A stretch of DNA of 64,000 nt from assembly GCA_963996465.1 (NCBI GenBank), contig CAXEHI010000014.1:11089-75088 (forward strand). The letters run 5' to 3'. This DNA comes from an uncultured Thermoplasmata archaeon (GTDB lineage Archaea > Thermoplasmatota > Poseidoniia > MGIII > CG-Epi1). The translations under genes were made by a program, and so were the position numbers. The notes beneath the pieces were generated by a model. It searched no databases and had not been told where the DNA came from. It was given only the letters and a program-made list of their open reading frames with translations. Below, one piece after another: positions 9,636 through 19,774 of the stretch (the stretch's first letter is position 1; each line of letters starts with the position of its first letter).

Positions 9636-10732
9636 TTTTTATTTCCGTGTTCTTTAGGGTCAAAATACCATCTATCATTGTCAGGATCCCATTCATCCCA
9701 TGTATATATTTCTTTTAATGATGACAAGTATTCTGATGGCACTATTCCCGACACTAGAAATGCTTTCTGCCTTCTTAATGAGTAAGGATTTCTCAATTTC
9801 ATGCCAAGAACTCCCAAAATACCTCTAGCAATATACCATGCTGCTTGAGGGTTCCATCCATGGGCTATTTTTACCACAACACCTAAACCATTTGGATAAT
9901 TTTCGTGCTCTATTGCCATACCCAGAAGTCCATCTGCACCTTCTTTAGCTATTACTTTTCCTTTACAAGATTTTATGATAGTTGTATCTAATCGATTAAA
10001 ACCACCCACTAGGTCTGGATTTTTTACAATAGACTCCCAAATCCAATCCTCCTCTTTATTTGAAACAATACCTGCATAACACATTGCTAATTCATTCACG
10101 GTATTTGATACTGTAGGGAATCCATCTCCATCTCTAGCTATTCTTTCAGGTTCCCATTCTTCTCCTAAAAAACGTTTTACTTGTTTCAAGTATTCAAAGA
10201 AAAATTCATGGCTAGGTAATGTGTATCCAGCTCTGTTCCACCCTTTTTTTCTACACCCTCTCAGAACTGCAGCATGCTGACCTGAAGAATTAGAATACCA
10301 GCGACGCGCTCTTCTAACCTGTCTACCAAATTGTACTAAAGGAAGGTCCAGAGGAGTTTGCATCAATCCCCATTCTGCTCTAGGCAGTAATGATTGTGCA
10401 GTTTTAACATGCTCAGCAGTTCCATTATGACTTGAAACTGATATCGCTTTTTGTTCCCAACTCAAATCATTCAATTCATCAGAAAATACTTTGAGCATTA
10501 ACGGTTTCATCATGGAACGCCCATAGCATAGGACATTACCTCCAAAACTATGTATTATTTCATTACCACTTGCCCAAGATACAGCTCCATGAATTGTCGT
10601 TTCGGATACATCATTACGCCGATAATCAACTAATGGCTCCCATTCTACATCCCTCCCAGTCGGCACTTCTCCTTCTGTATCTCCTAAGGGGTCATTTGGA
10701 TATAAATTTTCAACTTCTTTAGGGTGTGTCAT
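9632..10732 (-). CDS. Asparaginase_II-family (Rhizobium-etli-type L-asparaginase II-like) amidohydrolase, function unknown
   Basis: 366 aa. HGAVSWASGNEIIHSFGGN...CYGRSMMKPLM and SNSSGQHAAVLRGC match the conserved blocks of the Asparaginase_II family as I recall them. It has 4-nt overlaps on both sides. Confidence 0.5.
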   Translation of the reverse strand: MTHPKEVENLYPNDPLGDTEGEVPTGRDVEWEPLVDYRRNDVSETTIHGAVSWASGNEIIHSFGGNVLCYGRSMMKPLMLKVFSDELNDLSWEQKAISVSSHNGTAEHVKTAQSLLPRAEWGLMQTPLDLPLVQFGRQVRRARRWYSNSSGQHAAVLRGCRKKGWNRAGYTLPSHEFFFEYLKQVKRFLGEEWEPERIARDGDGFPTVSNTVNELAMCYAGIVSNKEEDWIWESIVKNPDLVGGFNRLDTTIIKSCKGKVIAKEGADGLLGMAIEHENYPNGLGVVVKIAHGWNPQAAWYIARGILGVLGMKLRNPYSLRRQKAFLVSGIVPSEYLSSLKEIYTWDEWDPDNDRWYFDPKEHGNKK

Positions 10733-11997
10733 TTTCTAAGCTCCTCTATTCTAGGAACCACCTTTTTCATGAATGCTTTCATATTTCTTATAACTCTCTT
10801 TGAATCATGATTGAAAAAATCAAACCAAGTCATAACACAATCTTCAGGATGAAAACGCTCAACTATTTGTTCAGCTATTTCTTCTACATTTCCAATAACT
10901 GCATTATCTGCAGCTTTCGACACTTTCATTGGATCTATAGTCCCTTCAAGAGCTCCCCAATATGAATTAAGTGCTTTTTCCGCTTCTAAATTTGCTTGCT
11001 CTGTTTTTTCTCTTTCCGAAAGTCCATCTTCATCATTAATGAACACCATAATAGTTCTAGGCATATATTCTCTTTTCCAAGAACCACCTTCAGGGTGATA
11101 ATGTTCTCTCATTCGTTCATGTGTTTTTTCTATTACTTCAGGCGGCGTTATCGATAAATTAAATGTTTTTACGGGTCTTATTTTATTCACTTTTTTTTGT
11201 AGTTCTGGATCATGCGAGCCTAATATAAGATCTAGTAAATCTCTATTCCAATTTTGCGGTATATTTTTTACGTCTTCAAACTCATATCTTTTAGGTATTT
11301 CTATTTTTTCAGGCATCTCTTTCAAGCCATCCCTTTCCATAGTCGCTATCTGAACTCGATTCCAATCTTCATCACTTCGAAATAATTTTCTTTCTAGTAT
11401 TGTTTTCGATATCATATCGCTATTGACTATTTCACCATTCAATAATTTCAAGAATATTTCACAAGCTTCAGAAAATATTTGTCCTCTTAGTGCGGGCCAC
11501 GCTATTTCTTCCACAGCATCTCTCGGGACAATCCCATACGGTCTCGCCATAAATTCAAACCTTCCTGCAGAAAATCCAATACGCAGTTTACGATTCTCTT
11601 CTTTTTTAAGTCCATGAAGCGTAATGAAAGATCCTATTCTCTCAGCTATTCCTATCGGTCCTCCATGTGTTAAAAGACTCATCACAGCCGAACCAACATT
11701 TATTTTTTTTGTAGATAAAAATACTAAATGTGCCAACTGAAAAAAATCAGTACATAATCCAACTTCTCCGTTCCAATGAGGAACTACTGGGTTTTTGTTG
11801 TTTTTCTGCACTTCCGTGGAAAGATGTGCCTGTGCCACCCATGCAGTTTCAAAACCAAATTCGTCTGCAGCCTTTACTTGCTCGAAAAAAGACTCAAACA
11901 TTTCTCGTTCACTAGGCATTTCTCCTTCTACAGGGGTATGGCATATTGATAGAAAAATGTCAAATTTCATCTCAAATAGAACTCGTTCTTCCACCAT
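10729..11997 (-). CDS. Luciferase-like (LLM) flavin-dependent monooxygenase/oxidoreductase
   Basis: 422 aa. The FGFETAWVAQAHL motif is characteristic of the bacterial-luciferase-like family. It lies in the operon between the SDR and the Asparaginase_II-like gene. Confidence 0.65.
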   Translation of the reverse strand: MVEERVLFEMKFDIFLSICHTPVEGEMPSEREMFESFFEQVKAADEFGFETAWVAQAHLSTEVQKNNKNPVVPHWNGEVGLCTDFFQLAHLVFLSTKKINVGSAVMSLLTHGGPIGIAERIGSFITLHGLKKEENRKLRIGFSAGRFEFMARPYGIVPRDAVEEIAWPALRGQIFSEACEIFLKLLNGEIVNSDMISKTILERKLFRSDEDWNRVQIATMERDGLKEMPEKIEIPKRYEFEDVKNIPQNWNRDLLDLILGSHDPELQKKVNKIRPVKTFNLSITPPEVIEKTHERMREHYHPEGGSWKREYMPRTIMVFINDEDGLSEREKTEQANLEAEKALNSYWGALEGTIDPMKVSKAADNAVIGNVEEIAEQIVERFHPEDCVMTWFDFFNHDSKRVIRNMKAFMKKVVPRIEELRK

Positions 11998-12724
11998 CTA
12001 CTGGAAGACTAACTCCTCTCACAAAGCTTGCTTCTGGCGATGCTAAAAAAGCCACAACACTTCCTAATTCAGAAGGGGTTGCAAGTCTACCCTCAGGTAC
12101 AGTTTCTAACCAAGTACTTTCAACATCTTCTGTTGTACAATTGCGTTGTTTAGCTAAAGTTTTTTTCAATTCTTCTAATCTTCCAGTCGACGTAAAACCG
12201 GGAAGAACATTGTTAATCGTAATTCCTCTTGGCAGTTCTTTGGACATCGTCTTTGACCATGATGCCATTGCACCTCTTATTGTATTACTAACACCCAGTC
12301 CAGCTATCGGCTCTTTTACAGAGGTTGAAATAATATTAATAATTCTCCCATATTTTGATTGTTCCATACCAGGAAGGGTCAAACCAACCAATTTTTGAGA
12401 CGCAAGTACATGCCTTCTAAATGCCTTTTCAAATTCTTCTACTTCTGCTTTAACAATCGGTCCAGATGGCGGACCTCCTGAATTATTTATCAAAATTTGA
12501 TAGTTTCCATTCTTTTCTATGTCTTTTTTTACATTTTCTTCTAAACTTTTTAAATTTTCCATATCACAAGATATTCCATTTTTACCTTCTGCCGTACGAG
12601 CTAAAATAGTTACTTCTGCTCCTCTTTTAACAAGCGCATCAGCAGCAGCTTTTCCTATTCCTTTAGTCCCACCACACACTAATGCCCTATATCCGCTCAA
12701 GTCAGTCATTTGCTTCTCCCACAA
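11972..12724 (-). CDS. Short-chain dehydrogenase/reductase (3-oxoacyl-ACP-reductase-like SDR)
   Basis: VCGGTKGIGKAAADALVKRGAEV Rossmann motif and an NNSG motif. 250 aa. Confidence 0.8.
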   Translation of the reverse strand: MWEKQMTDLSGYRALVCGGTKGIGKAAADALVKRGAEVTILARTAEGKNGISCDMENLKSLEENVKKDIEKNGNYQILINNSGGPPSGPIVKAEVEEFEKAFRRHVLASQKLVGLTLPGMEQSKYGRIINIISTSVKEPIAGLGVSNTIRGAMASWSKTMSKELPRGITINNVLPGFTSTGRLEELKKTLAKQRNCTTEDVESTWLETVPEGRLATPSELGSVVAFLASPEASFVRGVSLPVDGGRTSSI

Positions 12725-13715
12725 AACTATAAAATTCAGAATTTTTTAATTCGGGCAATGCTTCTTTTTTAATCAATATCGTTCTAACACCCCATAAATC
12801 TGTAAAAACCCGATATCTCGCCGTTCTATCTAAATAATCTACACCAGAAGAACCACCCGTTCCTATTCTACGTCCAATCATTCTTTCAACCATACGGGCA
12901 TGCGAAGATCTCCACAATAGCATTGCTTCTTCTAACTCTACCATTGTATCGATTAGTTTTCTTGGCCAAGATAACAAAGGCAGTTCACGATATGATTCTA
13001 TAAATAAAAGTCCAGTACGACTTCGATCACATTTACCATTCGGTTTTAGAAATTCAGATGCTTGCTTGTTTACCTCTTCAAATTTATTACTAATATTTTC
13101 ACTATCATTATCAGACAACGTACGGGCGGCCTTTTCACCTAATTTAAGATGGATATTTAGGTACTCATTTACAAATTCTTCAACTATTTTATCGTCATTA
13201 GAATCATCCGGCAATGACCCCTGTATAGGTGTTCTTGAAAGCCATTTGGTAACAACTTCTTGTATTGATTTTTCATTTAATTGATTTTCTATTTTTTTAC
13301 CATCAACCCAAAAATCTCCCATTATCGCTTCCATCATTCTCATTTGTTTAGATTCAAAACCAGAAGCAGTTCCCAATTCATCTCTGAACGATAAAAATCC
13401 TTGAGGAGTCAAAGTTTCCATAACTTTCCACTGTTGTGCCATCAATCTAAAAGTTTCAATTGCTCTTTCCATGTGATGTACAGCTTTAGGTATTTCAGTT
13501 TCTTGCACATAACTCCTATCTAATGTATCCCTTGCTTGCGTTAGTTCACTAATCACAAGTTTAAACCAAAGCTCAAAAGATTGATGTACAATTATGAAAT
13601 GAAGCTCATCTGCACTTATATCTTCTTCATTTTCTTTCCACCCACTTTGTAAAGATAACAACTCTTTCAGACGCAAATATTCTGGATAACTTCCTTTATT
13701 TGTAGGTGTAGGCAT
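12702..13715 (-). CDS. kynA: Tryptophan 2,3-dioxygenase
   Basis: 337 aa. YPEYLRLKELLSLQ, HFIIVHQSFELWFK and LDRTARYRVFTDLWGVRT match the conserved TDO blocks (HxxxHQxxELWxK). It is the first gene of the operon. Confidence 0.8.
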   Translation of the reverse strand: MPTPTNKGSYPEYLRLKELLSLQSGWKENEEDISADELHFIIVHQSFELWFKLVISELTQARDTLDRSYVQETEIPKAVHHMERAIETFRLMAQQWKVMETLTPQGFLSFRDELGTASGFESKQMRMMEAIMGDFWVDGKKIENQLNEKSIQEVVTKWLSRTPIQGSLPDDSNDDKIVEEFVNEYLNIHLKLGEKAARTLSDNDSENISNKFEEVNKQASEFLKPNGKCDRSRTGLLFIESYRELPLLSWPRKLIDTMVELEEAMLLWRSSHARMVERMIGRRIGTGGSSGVDYLDRTARYRVFTDLWGVRTILIKKEALPELKNSEFYSFVGEAND

Positions 13716-13753
13716 ACTTTACTAAATTTAGACGGAATATAAAGTATAGAGGT

Positions 13754-14689
13754 TTACTCTATTACAGAAGAAATCAAAATAGGAAGTATAACTGTAGCAT
13801 CCCCTTCTAAAGTCACATGCTCAGCTTCGTGTTTTACTTTCCCCCAAGATACGGCTTCTTTCACACGAGCACCACTTAGAGATCCATCCCATTCTGGGGC
13901 CGTAGTTATCTGTACTGCATAATCTAAACCACCTCTAAATTGATTCCACCATATTGTGTGGTGTTTAGAGATCCCTCCTCCTATCATCAAAGCTCCAGTT
14001 TCTTCGGCTTCGTATATTATGTCAGATAGTTTATGCTGTTCTTGTAATATGTCTAATGTAAATTCTCTTTTATCTTGCCAAAATTGCCATAATTGAGACC
14101 CTATTGATCCATCAGTAAGTCCCGGAACAAAAACTGGAACATTTTTCTCTGCACATTTCGCTAATAAAGATTGCGAACCCCGTTCTTCTTTAGACATACG
14201 AATTCCCATTTCCCTCCATATTTCGCATGGAACCCACCGTTCTTTTTCGTTATATATCTCTTTCAAAAACGGCTGCATCCATTTTTCAATTGGTACTCCA
14301 TACGAGGTGTCTGGGACAAGAACATTACCTAATCGATTAACACCTTTATCGCGTAATTCAGCATCATCCATGTTGAAATCTCCATGATAATAATCAGTCA
14401 GTAATCTAGCTAAATCATGATCAAGCGTTCCGCATGTAGTTACAATTACATCAACTAAATCTCTATCAATCATAGTACGTATGGCACCTCTCGTTCCAGT
14501 AGCTATTACATTCGCTGGAAATGACAGAAATTTCGTACACTTTTTTGCATTCATATCTTTAATAATTTTAGACGCCTTGTTAATTTTTACACTAAGAAAT
14601 CCTCCAGTTTCAGCAAACTGTTCTACGAGCTCTGAAACACTATTATGTGCACTCAATTCAATATCTTTTACTGGTTTTCTATCCATCAT
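13754..14689 (-). CDS. dys: Deoxyhypusine synthase
   Basis: 311 aa, with the pattern ...[43 protein letters not shown]... typical of DHS. It overlaps the gyrA stop by 4 nt. Confidence 0.8.
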   Translation of the reverse strand: MMDRKPVKDIELSAHNSVSELVEQFAETGGFLSVKINKASKIIKDMNAKKCTKFLSFPANVIATGTRGAIRTMIDRDLVDVIVTTCGTLDHDLARLLTDYYHGDFNMDDAELRDKGVNRLGNVLVPDTSYGVPIEKWMQPFLKEIYNEKERWVPCEIWREMGIRMSKEERGSQSLLAKCAEKNVPVFVPGLTDGSIGSQLWQFWQDKREFTLDILQEQHKLSDIIYEAEETGALMIGGGISKHHTIWWNQFRGGLDYAVQITTAPEWDGSLSGARVKEAVSWGKVKHEAEHVTLEGDATVILPILISSVIE

Positions 14690-17220
14690 TCAGCTTCTAC
14701 ATCTGTATCGTCTTCTTCTATTTTCAGATAAACTGCAACAGCTACTACCTTTTCTTCATCTTTCAATTTAATTAACCTACTTCCTCTTCCAATTCGTTTC
14801 ATTTCTCTTAGTTCGTTTATATTCGTGTTGATAACTTTTCCAGAACTGGTCGTTGCCATAATCATATCAGAGTCTCCTACTGATATGGATGATACCACCT
14901 TTCCATATTTTTCCGTTTTAGTGTTTATCACACCTTTCGATCCTCTTCTAGTTAATCTATAATTGCCCGCTTTAGCCCTTTTACCCCATCCCATTTCCGT
15001 TATCGTTAGTAATTCTTCTTCTTCATTAACAATAGCCATACTTTTCACACCATCACCTTCTTTCAATCTAATTCCAATAACTCCTTGTCCAGCACGACCT
15101 ACAACTCTTATTTGATTTTCAGGAAATCTATTTGCCATTCCATCATTAGTTGCTAGCATAATTTCACTTTCTCCATCAGATATCCCTACAGATATCAATT
15201 CATCTCCCTCTTTCAAAGTAATCGCTCTAAATCCTTGATCACTTCTCCAAGCCCGTTCCACTCTAGATGCATACTCTTCTATGCGTGTCTTTTTCACAAT
15301 TCCATTTTTCGTTGCAAAAATTAAGTAATTATCAGGACTGCTTATGTTAGGTACAGGTAACATATTCAAAATCTTTTCATCATTTTGATGTCTACGTTCA
15401 TCCAATTTTTCCAGCAGCTGAACTATCGGAGTTCCCTTTGCATATCTAGATACATCTGGAATTTGCCACCCCTTTAGGAAATACATACTCCCTTCACTCG
15501 TAAAAAGAAGTATATGATTATGAGAATTCATCGAATGCATTTCAACAGGTACATCTCCTTCTTTGGCCTTTATTCCAATCATACCAGTCCCTCCACGGTG
15601 CTGTATTCGGAATTCTTCTAGTGCCATTCTTTTAACATAAGATTCGTCAGTTCTCATAACTACAACTTCTTGTTGAGGAATCAAGTCTTCTGTTTCTATT
15701 TCTCCTTCATGTTCAGATATTTCAGTTCTACGTTCATCACCATATTTTTCTTTTAACATTTCCAATTCTTTTTTTATGATATTGCGTATTCTATTCGGAT
15801 CTGCCAATGTGGCGTCTAATTCTGATATCTCTTCATTTAATTCTTTCAATTCATTCTCTCTAGCATTTCTATCTTGTTTAGATAATTGATAGAGGCGCAT
15901 TTCAGCAATCGCTTCAGCTTGTTTTACACTCAATTTAAATTGTTTTTTCAATCCATCTATTACATCTTTTCTATTATTTGCACTTCTTATGAATGAAATA
16001 ACTTGATTCATTTGGTTTATAGCTATTATCAATCCTTCAACAATATGTGCTCTATCTTTAGCTATCTTTAATTGAAATTTAGTTCTTCTCGTTACTACCC
16101 TTTTTCTATGATCGATATATACTTTCAATAATTCTTTCAAAGACAATCTCTGTGGTTGTCCATTTACTAATGCCGTATTGTTCACTGCAAAGGTACTTTC
16201 TAAAGAAGAATGTTTGTATAATAAATTTTCAATAATAACTGCCGACGCGTCTCGTTTCAATTCAATAATTATACGCATACCTTTTCTATTAGATTCATCC
16301 CTGAGATCTCGTATACCTTCTATTTTCTTATTTTTAACTAAATCTGTAATCTCCCTCAAAAGGCGATTCTTTTCAAGTGAATAAGGTATTTCTGTAACGA
16401 CAATTTGTGTTGATTTTTTTGATTCTTCTATATTCGTTCTACCTCTAATTTTAATCGATCCACGTCCATTTGAATATGCTTCAAATACACCAGCTCTGCC
16501 CATTATCACTCCACCTGTAGGAAAATCTGGCCCGGGTATCACTTGTATAAGTTCAGAAGTCTTAACTCGCGGGTTATCCATAGTCAATACGATAGCATCA
16601 ATCACTTCGTTTAGATTGTGGGGTGCCATTTTTGTTGCCATTCCAACAGCTATCCCTTCAGATCCATTAACGAGCAAATTCGGTAACATGCTCGGCAATA
16701 CGGACGGTTCTTTCAAGGAACCATCATAATTTTCTCCATAATCTATCGTTTTCTTTTTCAAATCCTGCAATACAATTTCAGCAATAGGCGTTAATCTGGA
16801 TTCTGTATATCTCATCGCAGCAGCACGATCACCATCTACAGAGCCAAAATTCCCTTGTCCATCAACTAAAGGATATCTAAGTGAAAATGATTGTGCCATT
16901 CGAACCATCGAATCATAAATTGCTTGATCTCCATGGGGGTGGTATTTACCCATCACATCTCCAACTATACGGGCACTTTTCTTGTATGCAGATCTAGAAC
17001 CTGAACCCATCTCTTTCATTGCGTATAGTATTCTTCTATGTACTGGTTTTAGCCCATCTCTGGCATCTGGTAAAGCCCTACCAACAATTACAGACATAGC
17101 ATATTCTAAGTATGATTTTTTCATCTCAGTTATGAGGGCTTTGTCTTCTATTCTTTCACTGTTATCCTTATTCAATCTATCTCTCCGAAATAGTGCATTA
17201 CCCCAGTTCTGTGGCCCCAT
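14686..17220 (-). CDS. gyrA: DNA gyrase subunit A
   Basis: 844 aa. The N-terminus has the GyrA/ParC DNA breakage-reunion motifs ([37 protein letters not shown]), the C-terminal part has beta-pinwheel repeats, and the protein ends in an acidic tail. Confidence 0.9.
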   Translation of the reverse strand: MGPQNWGNALFRRDRLNKDNSERIEDKALITEMKKSYLEYAMSVIVGRALPDARDGLKPVHRRILYAMKEMGSGSRSAYKKSARIVGDVMGKYHPHGDQAIYDSMVRMAQSFSLRYPLVDGQGNFGSVDGDRAAAMRYTESRLTPIAEIVLQDLKKKTIDYGENYDGSLKEPSVLPSMLPNLLVNGSEGIAVGMATKMAPHNLNEVIDAIVLTMDNPRVKTSELIQVIPGPDFPTGGVIMGRAGVFEAYSNGRGSIKIRGRTNIEESKKSTQIVVTEIPYSLEKNRLLREITDLVKNKKIEGIRDLRDESNRKGMRIIIELKRDASAVIIENLLYKHSSLESTFAVNNTALVNGQPQRLSLKELLKVYIDHRKRVVTRRTKFQLKIAKDRAHIVEGLIIAINQMNQVISFIRSANNRKDVIDGLKKQFKLSVKQAEAIAEMRLYQLSKQDRNARENELKELNEEISELDATLADPNRIRNIIKKELEMLKEKYGDERRTEISEHEGEIETEDLIPQQEVVVMRTDESYVKRMALEEFRIQHRGGTGMIGIKAKEGDVPVEMHSMNSHNHILLFTSEGSMYFLKGWQIPDVSRYAKGTPIVQLLEKLDERRHQNDEKILNMLPVPNISSPDNYLIFATKNGIVKKTRIEEYASRVERAWRSDQGFRAITLKEGDELISVGISDGESEIMLATNDGMANRFPENQIRVVGRAGQGVIGIRLKEGDGVKSMAIVNEEEELLTITEMGWGKRAKAGNYRLTRRGSKGVINTKTEKYGKVVSSISVGDSDMIMATTSSGKVINTNINELREMKRIGRGSRLIKLKDEEKVVAVAVYLKIEEDDTDVEAE

Positions 17221-17256
17221 AAAAGGCGTTCGTATAGTCTAAAAATCACTTTCTTT

Positions 17257-17934
17257 TTAATAAAGGTGCATCGCTTCTTCTATTTGCCCTAATTCTATAC
17301 CCGTACTATTCGTTCCACACACGCCACCTTTCGAATTACAAACAAGGCCTGCACCTATCAATGGCATTCCAAAAGCAACTGTACCATCTCTTATCTCAAT
17401 TCCAATAATATCTTTCATAATATCTCTATCTTCTTCATTTAATTCTGGATGAACAAGCGCACCAGTAGATGAAAAACATCCTAACATTCCAACAGTTTCT
17501 ATTCCTATAAACTCTTTAGGTATTATTTCAATTTTTAGGGTTTTTTCAATTTCTTCTCTATTTTTAATCATTATTTTTGGATTACAAAATCCAGATTTAT
17601 TATTTATCAATAAATTATTTCCAGCAGCATTATTCCTGTCATTTAATATCATAAATTCCATTTTATTCTTTTTACACATCTCTTCTATTCTTTCACGTTC
17701 CCTTTCAGTAGCTATGTTGGAACATACAAGTCCATTATCATTTAAACAAATTAATGATCCAATAACTCTACTTCCACCTACTGTAATAATTTCTACCTCA
17801 GTATCAAGAGCCTTTCCTATGTCTCTATACTCTTCTTCTGAAAGGCCTGGAGGTAATAACGTCAATTTTTCTGAAGTCACACAAAAAATACCAGAGTATG
17901 GGCTATTGAATAAATCTCGTTGAATGAGTGCCAT
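17257..17934 (-). CDS. eif6: Translation initiation factor 6 (aIF6/eIF6)
   Basis: 225 aa with eIF6-family repeats (GIFCVTSEKLTLLP..., VIGSLICLNDNGLVCS...). Confidence 0.85.
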   Translation of the reverse strand: MALIQRDLFNSPYSGIFCVTSEKLTLLPPGLSEEEYRDIGKALDTEVEIITVGGSRVIGSLICLNDNGLVCSNIATERERERIEEMCKKNKMEFMILNDRNNAAGNNLLINNKSGFCNPKIMIKNREEIEKTLKIEIIPKEFIGIETVGMLGCFSSTGALVHPELNEEDRDIMKDIIGIEIRDGTVAFGMPLIGAGLVCNSKGGVCGTNSTGIELGQIEEAMHLY

Positions 17935-17938
17935 TAGC

Positions 17939-18271
17939 TTATTCAGGCAACTGAACTTCTACAGTTCCATCTTCAAATTTACGAGCTCTAACTCTTATTC
18001 TTGAAGGTGGCTTTTCAATTCCCCTTGCCCATATTTTTCTATTCACTGGCGGGTCTATGAATAATCTTTTTTCATCTCCCTTTCCAGATTTAGCAATCTT
18101 AGAATCTGTAATAACTTCTCCATCCATTTCAGGTTTCATATGTCTGGTTATATAATCCTCAATAACGCGAATTGCAACCGGTGCTCTTCTTGTACGCGCT
18201 ACATTTTTTACTTTCCTTAACGGGATGGTGTATATTCTCTCTTCAAATGCTATTTCTTCTTCATCAGCCAT
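17939..18271 (-). CDS. rpl31e: 50S ribosomal protein L31e
   Basis: 110 aa with the RIYTIPLRKV...IRV...KIWARGIEKPP pattern of eL31. Confidence 0.85.
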   Translation of the reverse strand: MADEEEIAFEERIYTIPLRKVKNVARTRRAPVAIRVIEDYITRHMKPEMDGEVITDSKIAKSGKGDEKRLFIDPPVNRKIWARGIEKPPSRIRVRARKFEDGTVEVQLPE

Positions 18272-18277
18272 ATTTCA

Positions 18278-18433
18278 TCACTTCTTCAATCTACCTCTTC
18301 TCCAAAAATGCCTTTTTGGATGGTTTACAACTCTTCTATTAGTTCTTTGCATTACCCAAGCAGGAACTCTTCTGTTTCGCTTAGTTAATTTTTGAAGGCG
18401 TATTTTTTTTCCGTATGGCTTTATACTAGACAT
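18278..18433 (-). CDS. rpl39e: 50S ribosomal protein L39e
   Basis: 51-aa ORF found by hand: [51 protein letters not shown], a typical eL39 sequence. It is below the 60-aa cutoff of the ORF track. Confidence 0.75.
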   Translation of the reverse strand: MSSIKPYGKKIRLQKLTKRNRRVPAWVMQRTNRRVVNHPKRHFWRRGRLKK

Positions 18434-18862
18434 TTATTCACCTTTCTTATTTTTTAATTCTAGAGCTATTCCATCTAACATGGATTGGCCTCTAGGGCTT
18501 ATTTTTCTACCTTTACCCTTTTCATGAGTTATCAATTCTGCAGCTTCAAGCTGTTTCATTACGGTTCTAATTATTTTCCTTCCACCAGGATGACTTTTGT
18601 TAGGCTTTCCCCCTCTATCTTTAGATCCAGAATACATTTTGGATAATCTTTCAGTTCCCATTGGCCCTTCTAAGTATATCTTTCTCAATATAGATGCCGA
18701 TCGCATATACCACCATTCATCCGAATCAGGTGCATTTTCTCTATGTGCTGCAGTTTTAGTGGAAACACTCCATTCTGGAATGCTAATATTTTCCATTTTT
18801 TTTAGGGCTTCAGCTAAATCCGATACTAAGCTTTGTCCATGAACATCGTAAACTGTTGCCAT
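18434..18862 (-). CDS. rps19e: 30S ribosomal protein S19e
   Basis: The ORF runs to 18895, but S19e proteins start at M(T/A)TVYDV, so I place the start at the internal Met (MATVYDVHGQSLVSDLAEAL...). Confidence 0.85.
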   Translation of the reverse strand: MATVYDVHGQSLVSDLAEALKKMENISIPEWSVSTKTAAHRENAPDSDEWWYMRSASILRKIYLEGPMGTERLSKMYSGSKDRGGKPNKSHPGGRKIIRTVMKQLEAAELITHEKGKGRKISPRGQSMLDGIALELKNKKGE

Positions 18863-18920
18863 TTTGACACCTTTCGAGAGGGCTTTGCCAGTCAAAGCAT
18901 ATTATAAACTTAATCCTCTC

Positions 18921-19193
18921 TCAATCGTCAAAAATTTTGAGTGTGTGAAACACTTGTACCATTAAAACGAACAACACAATCAATCCACCTATTATAAACA
19001 ACCCTATCGTTTCATCTATCCTCGGAAAAACAATCAAAACTATTGCCCCTACTAACGCAGTCCACAATAACAGATAACCCATGTACACATGGGGGGCTTT
19101 TTCTGAATCTTTCGCACCTTCTACTAGTTCTGTTATCTGCCCTCTATCCATTATCTCCTTTATTGTGTCCCCGTTAAAAGCTTCATCGGTCAT
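18921..19193 (-). CDS. Hypothetical small membrane protein
   Basis: 90 aa with a C-terminal double TM segment. Confidence 0.35.
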   Translation of the reverse strand: MTDEAFNGDTIKEIMDRGQITELVEGAKDSEKAPHVYMGYLLLWTALVGAIVLIVFPRIDETIGLFIIGGLIVLFVLMVQVFHTLKIFDD

Positions 19194-19774
19194 TATCTAC
19201 AATAGATTCTAGCAACATCGTTTGCCATTGCCATTTTACTTTTTTTCCCACCTTTCAACATTATATTCGTAATCCTAAATCTGCGATTTTCATGAGTTAT
19301 ATTGCGTCCAATTTTAAACACCTCTTCAAATGAATATTTTTTGTAAAAAGTTTTAGTATATTCTCCTTCATTAAATGAAAAATTAACCTTTATTTCACTT
19401 ATATTTCTTGACCATACAACAATTCCCTTCCGACTTTCTATTCGGCTGATATTCTTATCTCCCTTTTCAATTCTAGTAATTTCTAACGTTCCTTTTGGAT
19501 GTAAAACCCTTTCTCCAATTTGTAGGTAATCACCTTCTTCTACCTTCAAAACATCTTTATGCGTTTTATCTCCATCAGAAATCAATAATTTAATCTCAAT
19601 CATTTTTTTTTCTTTAATCGTTCTCGTAGTTACATTTTCACACTCAGTGCATTTTACAATTCCATCAAAGGAATTATTTTTCTTATTACGATTTTTTAGA
19701 ATATCATGTATTTTTTCATCTTCGCAATATTTGCATGGAAGCCATATCTGCTCAAATTCCTCTTTGGTCATCAA
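19193..19774 (-). CDS. Hypothetical zinc-ribbon protein
   Basis: 193 aa with an N-terminal CKYC...CTEC C4 ribbon and a basic C-terminal domain. It overlaps purH by 4 nt. I recognise no family. Confidence 0.4.
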   Translation of the reverse strand: MMTKEEFEQIWLPCKYCEDEKIHDILKNRNKKNNSFDGIVKCTECENVTTRTIKEKKMIEIKLLISDGDKTHKDVLKVEEGDYLQIGERVLHPKGTLEITRIEKGDKNISRIESRKGIVVWSRNISEIKVNFSFNEGEYTKTFYKKYSFEEVFKIGRNITHENRRFRITNIMLKGGKKSKMAMANDVARIYCR

